In this document: in pieces, positions 26,558 to 35,836 of the stretch
Numbering within the stretch: position 1 is the stretch's first letter
Layout of the letters: each line of letters opens with the position of its first letter
Position numbers and translations under genes: made by a program
The notes under the pieces: model-generated
What the model saw: the letters and a program-made list of their open reading frames with translations, nothing else
What the model was told of the DNA's origin: nothing
Database searches by the model: none
Source of the DNA: an uncultured Candidatus Saccharibacteria bacterium
Lineage (GTDB): Bacteria; Patescibacteriota; Minisyncoccia; UBA6257; 2-01-FULL-56-20
Reading direction: 5' to 3'
Assembly: GCA_964456235.1 (NCBI GenBank)
Contig: CAYWDX010000001.1
Span: forward strand, 267,210-323,180
DNA length: 55,971 nucleotides

Positions 26558-26628
26558 CGGGCTGTAGTGTAACGGCAGCACGAGTCCTTTGGGAGGATTT
26601 AGTCCCGGTTCAAATCCGGGCAGCCCGA
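26558..26628 (+). tRNA. tRNA-Pro (anticodon TGG)
   Basis: CGGGCTG-TA-GTGT-AACGGCA-GCAC-G-AGTCC-TTTGGGA-GGATT-TAGT-CCCGG-TTCAAAT-CCGGG-CAGCCCG-A. Confidence 0.85.
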
Positions 26629-26631
26629 CAA

Positions 26632-26730
26632 GAATAAAATTGCAGGGCCCCTCGCGCATGGGCTCCCTTTAATGCGCTCAGAACCCTGCAGTTTTATTTC
26701 TGGGCTCTTTTTAATGCCCGCTCGGGCATG
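26632..26730. repeat. hairpin(s) 3' of tRNA-Pro carrying the same 18-nt loop motif as the tRNA-Arg(CCG) hairpin, plus a degenerate second copy
   Basis: A stem of about 16 bp (26632-26647 with 26684-26699) encloses CATGGGCTCCCTTTAATG (26657-26674), identical to 3590-3607. GGGCTCTTTTTAATG at 26702-26716 is followed by the hairpin ATGCCCG-ct-CGGGCAT. Confidence 0.75.
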
Positions 26731-26754
26731 TGCTTCTTCATATTGGCGGAAATG

Positions 26755-26826
26755 TGCCGCGGGGGTGAATCGAACACCCGACGCCAGCCTCTTCAGGGCT
26801 GCGCTCTGCCACTGAGCTACCGCGGC
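26755..26826 (-). tRNA. tRNA-Phe (anticodon GAA)
   Basis: Reverse complement is GCCGCGG-TA-GCTC-AGTGGCA-GAGC-G-CAGCC-CTGAAGA-GGCTG-GCGTC-GGGTG-TTCGATT-CACCC-CCGCGGC-A. It directly abuts the stop codon of the S1 gene. Confidence 0.88.
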
Positions 26827-27939
26827 TTATCTCTTCACTTTCAACATTATACGCTTCTCTTCGGGCTTCACCGAATCGATGATGAACTGGTGCGCCTGCC
26901 CGGGCGCGAGCGCTTTCTTCATTTCGTCCTGGCCGCCGAACTCTGAAATGTGGACCATGCCTTGCATGTCGTTGGGGAGCGCGATAATGGCGCCAAACGG
27001 GTTCAACTTGTGGACGCGGCCCTCAACGGTCTCGCCAACCTTGAATTGACCGCCCATCTTTTCCCACGGGTCTTCTTTGAGCGCCTTCAGCGAAAGGAAG
27101 ACGCGGCCTTCCTTGATGTCGACGATTTTCGCTTTCAGCTCGTCATTCACTTTGACGAGGTCTTTCGGATTGTCGATCAATTTATAGTCGAGTTCTGAAA
27201 TGTGGATCATGCCTTCGATCTGCGGGTTATCGGTGAAGCGCACAAACACGCCGAAGTCCGCGACGCCCGAGACGATGCAGTCGACGACCTGCCCAGCCGT
27301 GTACGCGGCAAGGAGATCTTTCATGTTCGCCGAGAGGACTTCGCGCTCGGATGCAATAATTTTGTTGGCGCGCGTGTTCACGTCGATGATCTTTACGGAA
27401 AGTTCCTCGCCCGTCATTTTTTTGAGTTCTTCCGCGATTTTTATGCGGTCACCATCTGGCACTTTCGGGTAGTGTTCAAGGGAAAGTTGCGAAACCGGGA
27501 GGAACGCCTTGATCTCATCGCCCGATGGAGCCGTGATGGTCGTCATGAGGCCGCCCGCATTCGCGCCGGCCACTTTTGCCTTCACGACCTCGCCCGCCTC
27601 TGCGAGTTCTTTCGCCTGCTGCCACACTTTTTGCTTGCCCGCCTCAGACAGCGAAAGCTCAATGTGGCCTTCTTCGCCATCGAGGGAAACGATCTTTGCG
27701 TGGATTTTCTCGCCGGGCTTCACGTCGCGGAGCGCTTCCTTCGCATTCTGCATTTCAGCGCCGTAAACGATGCCGGTACCGAAGCGGCCCATGTCGAAAT
27801 AGGCCTTGCGAGGCATCTTCTTCAAGAGCGTCGTCTCAACGATGACTCCCTCCTTTGGCCAGTCGGTGGCCGAAATTTCTGTTTTGAGGGTTTGCGCGAT
27901 CGTCGTCGCCCCGTTATTTTTTTCTTCTGCTATCGGCAT
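26827..27939 (-). CDS. rpsA: 30S ribosomal protein S1-like protein (four S1 RNA-binding domains)
   Basis: Repeated S1 motifs (G.VV.G.V....FG.FV......GM.HISE). ATG at 27939 (MPIAEEK) is preferred and 27975 is also possible. Confidence 0.8.
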   Translation of the reverse strand: MPIAEEKNNGATTIAQTLKTEISATDWPKEGVIVETTLLKKMPRKAYFDMGRFGTGIVYGAEMQNAKEALRDVKPGEKIHAKIVSLDGEEGHIELSLSEAGKQKVWQQAKELAEAGEVVKAKVAGANAGGLMTTITAPSGDEIKAFLPVSQLSLEHYPKVPDGDRIKIAEELKKMTGEELSVKIIDVNTRANKIIASEREVLSANMKDLLAAYTAGQVVDCIVSGVADFGVFVRFTDNPQIEGMIHISELDYKLIDNPKDLVKVNDELKAKIVDIKEGRVFLSLKALKEDPWEKMGGQFKVGETVEGRVHKLNPFGAIIALPNDMQGMVHISEFGGQDEMKKALAPGQAHQFIIDSVKPEEKRIMLKVKR

Positions 27940-28033
27940 ACCGGAGAAGTATACGGTAAAGGCGATTTTTGGCAAGTCCTGTCAGCGTTTTTAGCGTTGC
28001 CAGGGACCATTTTTTCTGATAAAATGAGCGGGT

Positions 28034-28615
28034 ATGGTGCTCAACTATTTTGGCAATGGCTGCTTTCGTTTGCAGAGCGGCGACACTTCTATTTTGTTAA
28101 ATCCGGAAAATAACCGCTTGAAGGCGGACATCGTTTTGAAGACGCTTGTCTCGGCAGAAAATCCGCTCGCGACTGACGGCGCGGACGATGATCCGTCGAC
28201 GATCGCGTTCCCGGGAGAATACGAAATCAAAGAAATCGAGATCAAAGGATTCCCGATCGCCGGCGAGTCAACCGAAAAATTTATTAAAACTGCTTATGTA
28301 GTGACATGGGAGGGAGTGAAATTCGTCTTCCTCGGCCACCTCTCGAAGCCGATCGACGCAACGCTCCTTGAAGAATTTTTGGAGCCGGATGTGCTTGTCG
28401 TGCCGGTGGGCGGCGGGCATTTTCTTGAGCCAGAAGTGGCGGCGAAGATCACGAAGCAGCTCGAGGCGCGGATCGTGGTGCCCAGTTTTTATAAAAATCC
28501 GGATGAGTTTTTAAAAGCCCTCGGGAAAAAGGCGGAGACGATGGAAAAATTCGTTTTCAAGCAAAAGGATATCGCGACCGACAAAGGGCGGCCGATTGTC
28601 CTCAAGTCCGCATAA
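28034..28615 (+). CDS. hypothetical protein, degenerate MBL-fold (Lactamase_B_3-like) hydrolase
   Basis: N-terminal LNYFGNGCFRLQSGDTSILLNP and later VLVVPVGGGH resemble the UPF0173/MBL-like family, but no HxHxDH motif is present. Confidence 0.4.
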   Translation: MVLNYFGNGCFRLQSGDTSILLNPENNRLKADIVLKTLVSAENPLATDGADDDPSTIAFPGEYEIKEIEIKGFPIAGESTEKFIKTAYVVTWEGVKFVFLGHLSKPIDATLLEEFLEPDVLVVPVGGGHFLEPEVAAKITKQLEARIVVPSFYKNPDEFLKALGKKAETMEKFVFKQKDIATDKGRPIVLKSA

Positions 28616-28620
28616 CAACA

Positions 28621-28947
28621 ATGAATGCGCCCACGATGAAAAATTTTCTCAACGAGCTGCAAGCGTTGCCCGAGCCTACCAAAAGGAAAGTTTTGGTGGC
28701 CGTGACCATCGTCCTTATGGCGGTCGTCATTTATTTTTGGCTCATATATTTCAATACCCTCCTCGCCGGCGTTTCGCAGCCCGCTCCCGCGAATCCGGTT
28801 GCGGCATCGGGCGGCGATATCGGCCTTTGGCAGCGGCTTCAGAACGGATTTGTGTTTATCGGCAGCCAATTCCAAAAAATGGCGCAGGGATTGTCGTCGA
28901 TTCTCGCTGCGCCGCGGCAATATATAGTGAACCCGCGAGGGAATTAA
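28621..28947 (+). CDS. hypothetical small membrane-anchored protein
   Basis: 108-aa ORF with one TM helix (VLVAVTIVLMAVVIYFWLIYF). Tightly spaced after the previous gene. Confidence 0.4.
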   Translation: MNAPTMKNFLNELQALPEPTKRKVLVAVTIVLMAVVIYFWLIYFNTLLAGVSQPAPANPVAASGGDIGLWQRLQNGFVFIGSQFQKMAQGLSSILAAPRQYIVNPRGN

Positions 28948-28983
28948 ACGTGGCCCAAGCATAGGAACACAACCAATAAAATT

Positions 28984-31419
28984 ATGGCGCTCGAAAAGCG
29001 AGAAATAACTAAGGAATTAAGCGAGTCATATCTCGACTACGCGATGTCGGTCATCGTCGCGCGCGCGCTGCCCGACGTGCGCGATGGATTAAAACCCGTA
29101 CACCGGCGTGTGTTGTGGGCGATGTGGGACAGCGGCCTCACCCATCTTTCGAAATTCCGAAAATCGGCGACGGTGGTGGGTGACACGATGGCGCGCTACC
29201 ACCCGCACGGCGACTCGGCGATTTATGACACGCTCGTGCGCCTCGCGCAGAATTTTTCACTGCGCTATCCGCTCGTGCAGGGACAGGGCAACTTCGGCAG
29301 CGTCGATGGCGATTCCCCGGCGGCCATGCGTTATACCGAATCTCGAATGTCGGCGATCGCCGAAGAAATGTTGCTCGACATCGAAAAAGAAACGGTTGAT
29401 TGGATTCCGAATTATGATGCGACGCGCGAAGAGCCGCTGGTGTTGCCCGCGAAGCTGCCGAATCTTCTTTTGAACGGCACGCTCGGCATCGCGGTTGGCA
29501 TGGCGACGAGCATCCCGCCGCACAATTTGAATGAAGTGGCCGACGCGATTCTGCATCTTGCTGATAACCCTGACGCGACGAGCGAGGACCTCGTTCAGTT
29601 CGTGAAAGGGCCGGATTTCCCGACCGGCGGCATAATCTACAACGCGAAAGCGATCCGCGATGTGTATGTGAGTGGACGCGGCGCGATCCTCACTCGCGCG
29701 AAAGCCGAAATCGTCGAGCAAAAAGCGGGCAAGCAGTTCGACATTATCGTGACCGAGATTCCGTACCAGGTGAACAAGGCGGAGCTCGTGAAGACGATCG
29801 CCGAGCTTGCGCAGGAAAAGAAAGTGGAGGGCATTCGCGATTTGCGCGATGAGTCTGACCGCGAGGGAATGCGCATCGTGATCGAGTTGAAGAACGACGT
29901 GCCGCCCCAAAAGGTTTTGAATTGGCTCTACGCGCACACGGACCTCGAAAAGAATTTCAATATGAATATGACGGCGCTCGTCGCGAATGACCACGGCCTG
30001 GAGCCGCGCCTGCTCGCATTAAAAGACGTGCTCGCGGAATATCTCGCGTATCGCAAGGAAGTGGTGAAGCGCCGCACGCAGTTTGATTTGCGGAAGGCGG
30101 AAGAGCGGGCGCACATTTTGGAAGGCCTCGCGAAGGCGCTCAATGCGATCGACAAAGTGATCGCTACGATCAAGAAATCGAAAGACAAAGAGGAGGCGCA
30201 CGTAAATCTCGTCAAGCTCTTTACGTTGAGCGACCTCCAGGCGACCGCAATTTTGGAAATGCGCTTGCAAACACTTGCTGCGCTTGAGCACAAAAAGATC
30301 GATGATGAATTGAAAGAGAAAAAAGTGTTGATCGAGGAGCTGAACCTTATTTTGAAGAGCCCGGCAAAAATATTAAAAATTATTAAAGACGAGGTTAAGG
30401 GGCTGAAAGAAAAATATGGCGATGCGCGCCGGACGCAGGTCGTGGCGCATGCGGTCGCCGCGATGAGTGACGAGGACATGATCAATGACGAGGATGCGAT
30501 CGTCACCGTGAGCGGCGGCGGCTACATCAAGCGGCTTCCGCCGGGTACGTTCAAGGCGCAAAAGCGCGGCGGGAAGGGGATCATTGGTTCTGAAGTGGCT
30601 GATGAAGATTTCCTCGAGCATTTCTTTAGTGCGCGGACGCACGACAACGTGCTCTTCTTTACGAACCGCGGGCGCGTGTTCCAAACCAAGGTGTACGAAA
30701 TTCCGCAGGCGACGCGCACGTCAAAAGGCCGCGCCATCCAAAATTTCCTTGAACTTCCTGCGGAAGAAACCGTGAGCGCGATCGTCAATTATTCCGCGAA
30801 GGACCCGAAACACGCCGACAAAAAATTCTTGATGATGGTGACAAAAAACGGCGTCGTCAAAAAAACGCCCCTCGCCGATTTCATGAACATCCGCCGCACG
30901 GGCATCATCGCGATCAATCTGAATAAAGGAGATCAGCTGAAGTGGGCGAAGCTCACCGGCGGCAATGACCAGGTGATTCTGGCGACGCGCCAGGGACAAT
31001 CGATCCGGTTCGAAGAAAAGCAGATCCGCCCGATGGGCCGCACCGCGGCGGGCGTGCGCGCGATTAAATTGAAAAAACAAAATGATGCGGTTGCGGGCTT
31101 TGATATAATTTCAGGAGGTGATGCGAATTTGCTCGTCGTGATGGAGAACGGGTTCGCGAAGCAGACGCCGCTCAAAGAATACAAGACGCAGCGGCGCGGC
31201 GGGTCGGGCATCAAAACTGCCGAGATCACCGCGAAGACCGGCGCGCTCACATCCGCCCATGTGATCGCGGAAGAAAAGGAAATCTTTGCGCTTTCTGCGA
31301 AGGGGCAGATGATCCGCACCGAGCTCGGCACCGTCCGCAAGACCGGCCGCGCCGCGCAGGGTGTACGCATCATGAATCTGAAGCCGGGCGACCGGCTCGC
31401 CGGGACCGTAGTCATCTAA
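28984..31419 (+). CDS. gyrA: DNA gyrase subunit A
   Basis: YAMSVIVARALPDVRDGLKPVHRRVLW, RYHPHGDSAIYDTLVRLAQNFSLRYPLVQGQGNFGS, AAMRYTE (catalytic Tyr) and C-terminal beta-pinwheel repeats. Confidence 0.97.
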   Translation: MALEKREITKELSESYLDYAMSVIVARALPDVRDGLKPVHRRVLWAMWDSGLTHLSKFRKSATVVGDTMARYHPHGDSAIYDTLVRLAQNFSLRYPLVQGQGNFGSVDGDSPAAMRYTESRMSAIAEEMLLDIEKETVDWIPNYDATREEPLVLPAKLPNLLLNGTLGIAVGMATSIPPHNLNEVADAILHLADNPDATSEDLVQFVKGPDFPTGGIIYNAKAIRDVYVSGRGAILTRAKAEIVEQKAGKQFDIIVTEIPYQVNKAELVKTIAELAQEKKVEGIRDLRDESDREGMRIVIELKNDVPPQKVLNWLYAHTDLEKNFNMNMTALVANDHGLEPRLLALKDVLAEYLAYRKEVVKRRTQFDLRKAEERAHILEGLAKALNAIDKVIATIKKSKDKEEAHVNLVKLFTLSDLQATAILEMRLQTLAALEHKKIDDELKEKKVLIEELNLILKSPAKILKIIKDEVKGLKEKYGDARRTQVVAHAVAAMSDEDMINDEDAIVTVSGGGYIKRLPPGTFKAQKRGGKGIIGSEVADEDFLEHFFSARTHDNVLFFTNRGRVFQTKVYEIPQATRTSKGRAIQNFLELPAEETVSAIVNYSAKDPKHADKKFLMMVTKNGVVKKTPLADFMNIRRTGIIAINLNKGDQLKWAKLTGGNDQVILATRQGQSIRFEEKQIRPMGRTAAGVRAIKLKKQNDAVAGFDIISGGDANLLVVMENGFAKQTPLKEYKTQRRGGSGIKTAEITAKTGALTSAHVIAEEKEIFALSAKGQMIRTELGTVRKTGRAAQGVRIMNLKPGDRLAGTVVI

Positions 31420-31420
31420 C

Positions 31421-32752
31421 ATGCCCACCAATCTTTCGAGGCAGCAGGCCATGATCCTTATCGGGGTCGTGGCGCTCATACTCATTATCGGCGCCGCCGT
31501 TTTTTTGAACCTGCGGCCGCGCCCAACGAACGGGCCGCCGGTCACATTAAATGTATGGGGGATGGAGCCGAGCGCGGCGTTTATCGCCCTCATGTCTGCG
31601 TATCCCTATGCGACGGTGAAATACACGCAGGTTGATCCTGAAAATTATGGTTCGCTCGTCCTCGGCGCGCTCGCGGCGGGAACGGGGCCGGATGTTTTTG
31701 AAATTGGGAACCGGGCGTTGCCGCGGTGGCAGTCGGTGCTCGCGCCGCTTACGATCGCGTCGTCATCGTCGAGCGGTTTCGGGCCGCTGCAAATTTCGCA
31801 ACTGTATCCCGACATCGTTTCGCAAGATTGGATCAGCGGGGCCGGCGCTGGGGCCTCCGCCGAAGCCGCCGGCGGCGCGGGACAAATCTATGGATTGCCG
31901 CTTTCGATTGACACACTCGTCATGGCGTACAACAAAGATCTCTTGAACGCGGCGAACATCGCCGTGCCGCCGACGAACTGGAATGATTTTGATGCGGACG
32001 TTGCGAAATTGCGCGCGGTGAATGGTTCGGGGCAGATCACGCAGGCGGCTGCGGCGATCGGCGGCGCAGATGACACCGTGCCGCATGCGGCCGACATCCT
32101 CGCCCTCCTGATGTTGCAGAATGGAACGCAGATGACGGATGCGAACCGATCCTCGGCGGCATTTGCGTCGCAGGTCGGCGGCGCCCCTGGTCCATCCGCC
32201 TTCAACTTTTATCTCCAGTTCGCAAATGCCGCCTCGCCCTACTATACGTGGTCATCGGCGCTCGGCCCCGCCTTCGACAGTTTCGCCGCGGGCAAAACCG
32301 CCATCATTTTTGTCTATCAATCTGACCTCGCAACGCTCAAGGCGAAGGCGCCGTTCTTGAACTACGCCCTCGCGCCGATCCCGCAGGCGAAGGGCGCCAC
32401 GGTACCCGTGAATTATGCGAATTATCGCGGTTTCGTCGCTTCAAAAGCCGGGCAGCAAGCGGCGGCATGGAACTTCATCCTCTATGAGGCGGCACAAGAC
32501 GGGGCAAAGTCCTATCTCACGCAAACCGGCCAGCCGCCGGCGCTCCGCACCGACATTGCCGCGTCGTTGAATGACGTGAATCTTTCCGTTTTTGCCTCGC
32601 AGGAACTCACGGCGAAATCCTGGTATGAAGCGGATGATAAAAAAGCGGAAGCGGCGCTCGGTACCGCCATTAAAAATGTATTAAACGGCGCGGAGACCGC
32701 GACGCGCGCCCTGACCGAAGCCGAGACCGCTGTCACGCAGCTCATGCGCTAA
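31421..32752 (+). CDS. TM-anchored extracellular solute-binding protein (ABC SBP family 1-like) without adjacent permease/ATPase genes
   Basis: N-terminal TM helix, then VTLNVWG...GPDVFEIG...IYGLPLSIDTLVMAYNKDLL...WNDF, typical of sugar-type SBPs. It starts 1 nt after the gyrA stop. Confidence 0.7.
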   Translation: MPTNLSRQQAMILIGVVALILIIGAAVFLNLRPRPTNGPPVTLNVWGMEPSAAFIALMSAYPYATVKYTQVDPENYGSLVLGALAAGTGPDVFEIGNRALPRWQSVLAPLTIASSSSSGFGPLQISQLYPDIVSQDWISGAGAGASAEAAGGAGQIYGLPLSIDTLVMAYNKDLLNAANIAVPPTNWNDFDADVAKLRAVNGSGQITQAAAAIGGADDTVPHAADILALLMLQNGTQMTDANRSSAAFASQVGGAPGPSAFNFYLQFANAASPYYTWSSALGPAFDSFAAGKTAIIFVYQSDLATLKAKAPFLNYALAPIPQAKGATVPVNYANYRGFVASKAGQQAAAWNFILYEAAQDGAKSYLTQTGQPPALRTDIAASLNDVNLSVFASQELTAKSWYEADDKKAEAALGTAIKNVLNGAETATRALTEAETAVTQLMR

Positions 32753-32768
32753 GATAATAAGGAAGGAT

Positions 32769-33248
32769 ATGAAAAATATTTCACGGATCGGTGATCGAAA
32801 ATATATTCTTCTGCCGTTGATTGTTTTTGTTCTCGCCGCGTACTGCCTCCCGCTCTTCGCGTCGGCGTCGGTTAACAATCACGCGACGAATAATGTTTGG
32901 GATCCGAGGATTTTACAGGGCCCGCTCGTCGTGTGCACCGGCGACGGCAGCGGCGGATTCCCCTGTGAAAGCTTGTGCGACTTTCTGTATCAATCCGTCC
33001 ACGTCCTCTATTTCGCCATTGCCGTAATCATTTGGATTGTGGCGCCGATCCTGATTGCCTGGAGCGGCATCTCGCTCATTATGTCACGCGGGAATCCTGA
33101 AGCACAGACCAACGCAAAAAATCGGGTGACGCGCATCGTGCTCGGCCTTCTCATCGCGCTCTCCGCGTATCTCATCATCGCGACCTTTGTGAGCGTGCTC
33201 CATATCAGCGGGGTCGGTGGGTTCGGTGCGGGCATTTGCGGGGGATAA
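32769..33248 (+). CDS. VirB2/TrbC-like (T4SS-pilin-like) two-TM secreted protein, paralog 1
   Basis: Signal peptide and Cys-rich segment (CTGDGSGGFPCESLCDF), then TM1, loop SRGNPEAQTNAKNR and TM2. Same architecture as the five paralogs downstream. Confidence 0.55.
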   Translation: MKNISRIGDRKYILLPLIVFVLAAYCLPLFASASVNNHATNNVWDPRILQGPLVVCTGDGSGGFPCESLCDFLYQSVHVLYFAIAVIIWIVAPILIAWSGISLIMSRGNPEAQTNAKNRVTRIVLGLLIALSAYLIIATFVSVLHISGVGGFGAGICGG

Positions 33249-33252
33249 TAAA

Positions 33253-34146
33253 ATGAAAGTTCGAAGCATTATTATTGCGGCGACGCTTGGAGTCATGACG
33301 AGCGCGACCGCTTTTGCGCAATCGGCACCCTCGCACATTTCTATCGACACTTCGATCCCCGGCCTCGCCCCCGCAACAAGCATCTCAGGCCTCATCCAGA
33401 ACTTCTATAGCTTTGCGTTAGTGATAGCCGGGGTCTTAGCCTTTGGCGCCATTGTGTATGGAGGGATAAAGTATGCCGTAGGGCATGGGAATCCCTCGTC
33501 TGAGAGTGAGGGCAAAAGCTGGATCGTAGGGGCCCTCTTGGGCCTCCTTCTCCTTGCCTCTGCCTATATCATCCTTACCACGATCAACCCCGAGATCACG
33601 AAGCTCTCGATCCCTCAACTCCCTTCCCTGGACGCTGCCCGGACGGGGGAGGGGTTGGGGGGAGGGGCGAGCGTGGCGAGCAGTACAGGAGGTGCTAGTA
33701 GCACTACGCCATCGGGGCCGGGCGCTCGCTGCCAAGCGCCGGCATCGGGTGGATGCTCGGTAGCCAATTTGATGGCGAACGGCGGCAGTTGCTTCGGCAA
33801 CAACATCACGCTTGCCGCCGGCGTTTGTAATGTGGAAAGCGCGAACGGATCACTCCTTCAAAGTGGTGTAGACAAGTGCGATGATGGGAGCCCGGTTTCT
33901 TTCGGCGGGTTTCAAGTCAATATCACAGCGAATTCGGTTGCTGGTCTTGATTGCAGAAGCGCTTTCTCAAACCAATATACCGGGAGCAATCGGCACTGCA
34001 CGATAACGAACCGATCGCTGTATAATCAATGTGCACAGGCGGCCCAGAATTGGGCGAACAATATTGCCGCGGCTTGTCGGATTTCGAATGGCGGGACCAA
34101 TTTCCGCCTCTGGGGCCCGCAAACCCGACAGCTCTGCGGGATTTAA
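33253..34146 (+). CDS. pilin-like N-terminal domain (paralog 2) fused to Gly/Ser linker and Cys-rich lytic-transglycosylase-like C-terminal domain
   Basis: Signal peptide MKVRSIIIAATLGVMTSATAFA, then TM1, GHGNPSSESEGKS and TM2. The linker GEGLGGGASVASSTGGASSTTPSG follows. The C-terminal domain has 10 Cys and VCNVESANGS...SFGGFQVNI (SLT-like E-S ... G-x-x-Q). Confidence 0.5.
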   Translation: MKVRSIIIAATLGVMTSATAFAQSAPSHISIDTSIPGLAPATSISGLIQNFYSFALVIAGVLAFGAIVYGGIKYAVGHGNPSSESEGKSWIVGALLGLLLLASAYIILTTINPEITKLSIPQLPSLDAARTGEGLGGGASVASSTGGASSTTPSGPGARCQAPASGGCSVANLMANGGSCFGNNITLAAGVCNVESANGSLLQSGVDKCDDGSPVSFGGFQVNITANSVAGLDCRSAFSNQYTGSNRHCTITNRSLYNQCAQAAQNWANNIAAACRISNGGTNFRLWGPQTRQLCGI

Positions 34147-34150
34147 TTCT

Positions 34151-34657
34151 ATGCGTAACTACATCATCATCGGGCTCATCGTTCTCCTCGTCGTCGGGGT
34201 CGGTGTTGTGCTGATCTTCCAGAAAAATCCGACCGCGCAGCCGCCAACTTCTGGCGGAACAGGAACGCTTCCGGTGGTGAATTCGTCGACGACCGTTTTC
34301 CCGACCGGCACCACGATGACGATCGGTACGCCGCAAGGGTCAGTCGTCGTGAATAATATTTATATCAATCCTTCGTACATCACTTCAGATAAAGAGACGG
34401 TGGTGTTTAAAGCCGCGAGTGCTTATAACCTCGTCTACAACGTGAACGACAGCACGTTTGAGATCGCGCTTCTTGCGAAACCGTTGGACGCGGCGCGGGC
34501 GGCGGCGGAAGCGGCGTTGCTATCCCGGCTGAACATTAGTAAGTCTGATGCCTGTAAATTAAATGTCTGGGAGGCGGTCCCGGTCAGCGTTGACCCCAAC
34601 TATGCCGGGCAAAATCTTGGCTTGAGCTTCTGTTCCAGCGCCTTCCCGCTCTATTAG
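34151..34657 (+). CDS. hypothetical TM-anchored extracytoplasmic protein
   Basis: ATG at 34151 (MRNYIIIGLIVLLVVGVGVVLIF) with a Thr/Gly-rich linker. No recognisable motif. Embedded in the pilin-like cluster. Confidence 0.5.
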   Translation: MRNYIIIGLIVLLVVGVGVVLIFQKNPTAQPPTSGGTGTLPVVNSSTTVFPTGTTMTIGTPQGSVVVNNIYINPSYITSDKETVVFKAASAYNLVYNVNDSTFEIALLAKPLDAARAAAEAALLSRLNISKSDACKLNVWEAVPVSVDPNYAGQNLGLSFCSSAFPLY

Positions 34658-34667
34658 TTGTGCTAGA

Positions 34668-35054
34668 ATGAAGGGAATGAAGAAGGGGCACCTCGTTTTC
34701 GTTCTAATTCTTGCGGTATTCCTCTTGGTCGGTGCACGTTTGGCGTCGGCAGATACGGGCCCGCTCGATACGGGTTCGAATCACACCGGCTTACTTCAAA
34801 ACCCGCTGGGCGGCAGTTGCAACGATCTAAGCTGCCCCATAAAGGCGGTTACCGATTTCCTTTTCACGATATCGATTCCGCTCGTCGGAATATTTATTCT
34901 GGTAGGCGGTTTTCAGATGATCACGGCGGCCGGCAACCCCGAACGGTTTTCGAAAGGGAAAAAAACAATTTTGTATGCCGTGGTTGGGTTCGTGGTGGTC
35001 ATTTTGGCGGGGAGCGTCGCCTCGCTGATCAGAAATATTTTTAGCGGATCATAA
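34668..35054 (+). CDS. VirB2/TrbC-like two-TM secreted protein, paralog 3
   Basis: Signal peptide ...LVGARLASA, then TM1, ITAAGNPERFSKGKKTILYAVVGFVVVILAG and TM2. Confidence 0.6.
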   Translation: MKGMKKGHLVFVLILAVFLLVGARLASADTGPLDTGSNHTGLLQNPLGGSCNDLSCPIKAVTDFLFTISIPLVGIFILVGGFQMITAAGNPERFSKGKKTILYAVVGFVVVILAGSVASLIRNIFSGS

Positions 35055-35060
35055 AAACGC

Positions 35061-35414
35061 ATGACAAAATTTTTTATTGCTCTCATAAATCCAACGCAGG
35101 CCCCGGCTAATGTTGGGCACGCCCCGGCCAATGTTATTGGGAGCACGCAGGACGTGCAGGATCTTTTTTGCACGGCAGTGCTTTGGATGTTTTGGGCGCT
35201 TCTGGTCACCTCGATAATCATGTTTTTAGTGGGAGGGTTTATGTATGTGACCGCCGCCGGTAACCCGGAGCGGGTCGGGAAAGCGAATAAAACCCTGCTC
35301 TACGCCGCGATCGGCGTTGCGGTCGCGATTCTCGCGCGTGGCATCCCGCTCGTCATCGGTTCATTCTTTGGCGTTGATCAGGCAAGCTTAACGGCATGCT
35401 CGGGGAATCTCTGA
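35061..35414 (+). CDS. VirB2/TrbC-like two-TM protein, paralog 4
   Basis: FCTAVLWMFWALLVTSIIMFLVGGFMYVTAAGNPERVGKANKTLLYAAIGVAVAILARGIP...TACSGNL. Confidence 0.6.
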   Translation: MTKFFIALINPTQAPANVGHAPANVIGSTQDVQDLFCTAVLWMFWALLVTSIIMFLVGGFMYVTAAGNPERVGKANKTLLYAAIGVAVAILARGIPLVIGSFFGVDQASLTACSGNL

Positions 35415-35767
35415 AAAATCTTGCGGTCGGAAGTTTTTCTAACCCGCATGGGATATTTACGCCGGCGCCCATCCAGCAGATCAGCCAGCTTCAATCGTTC
35501 GCTTGCGGCATCATCAACTGGGTTTTCTGGTTCCTTATAATCGTCTCTATAATAATGTTCTTGGTTGGTGGTTATCGATATGCTACCTCGGGTGGAAATC
35601 CAGAACGGGTGCGGGATGCGAATAAGACGCTTCTCTATGGCGTGATCGGAGTCGCGGTCGCCATCATCGCGAACAGCGTGCCGCCACTCGTCGGCAGTTT
35701 CTTTGGCGCATATGGGATCAGCGCGTGCGGCATTTTTGCAGGATTATTGGGCGGTTTTGGTATTTAA
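35396..35767 (+). CDS. VirB2/TrbC-like two-TM protein, paralog 5
   Basis: FACGIINWVFWFLIIVSIIMFLVGGYRYATSGGNPERVRDANKTLLYGVIGVAVAIIANSVP...SACGIF. The start overlaps paralog 4 by 19 nt. Confidence 0.6.
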   Translation: MLGESLKNLAVGSFSNPHGIFTPAPIQQISQLQSFACGIINWVFWFLIIVSIIMFLVGGYRYATSGGNPERVRDANKTLLYGVIGVAVAIIANSVPPLVGSFFGAYGISACGIFAGLLGGFGI

Positions 35768-35836
35768 CTTTTCCGGTTTACGTGGTATACTGGTCTGGTG
35801 TTAGGGGAAAGGTCGAAACTATGAGTTAACGTCCAA

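Noticed and set aside
27202-28113. 303-aa plus-strand ORF opposite the S1 gene
   Set aside because: It is antisense to four clear S1 domains and also runs into the start of the next real gene.
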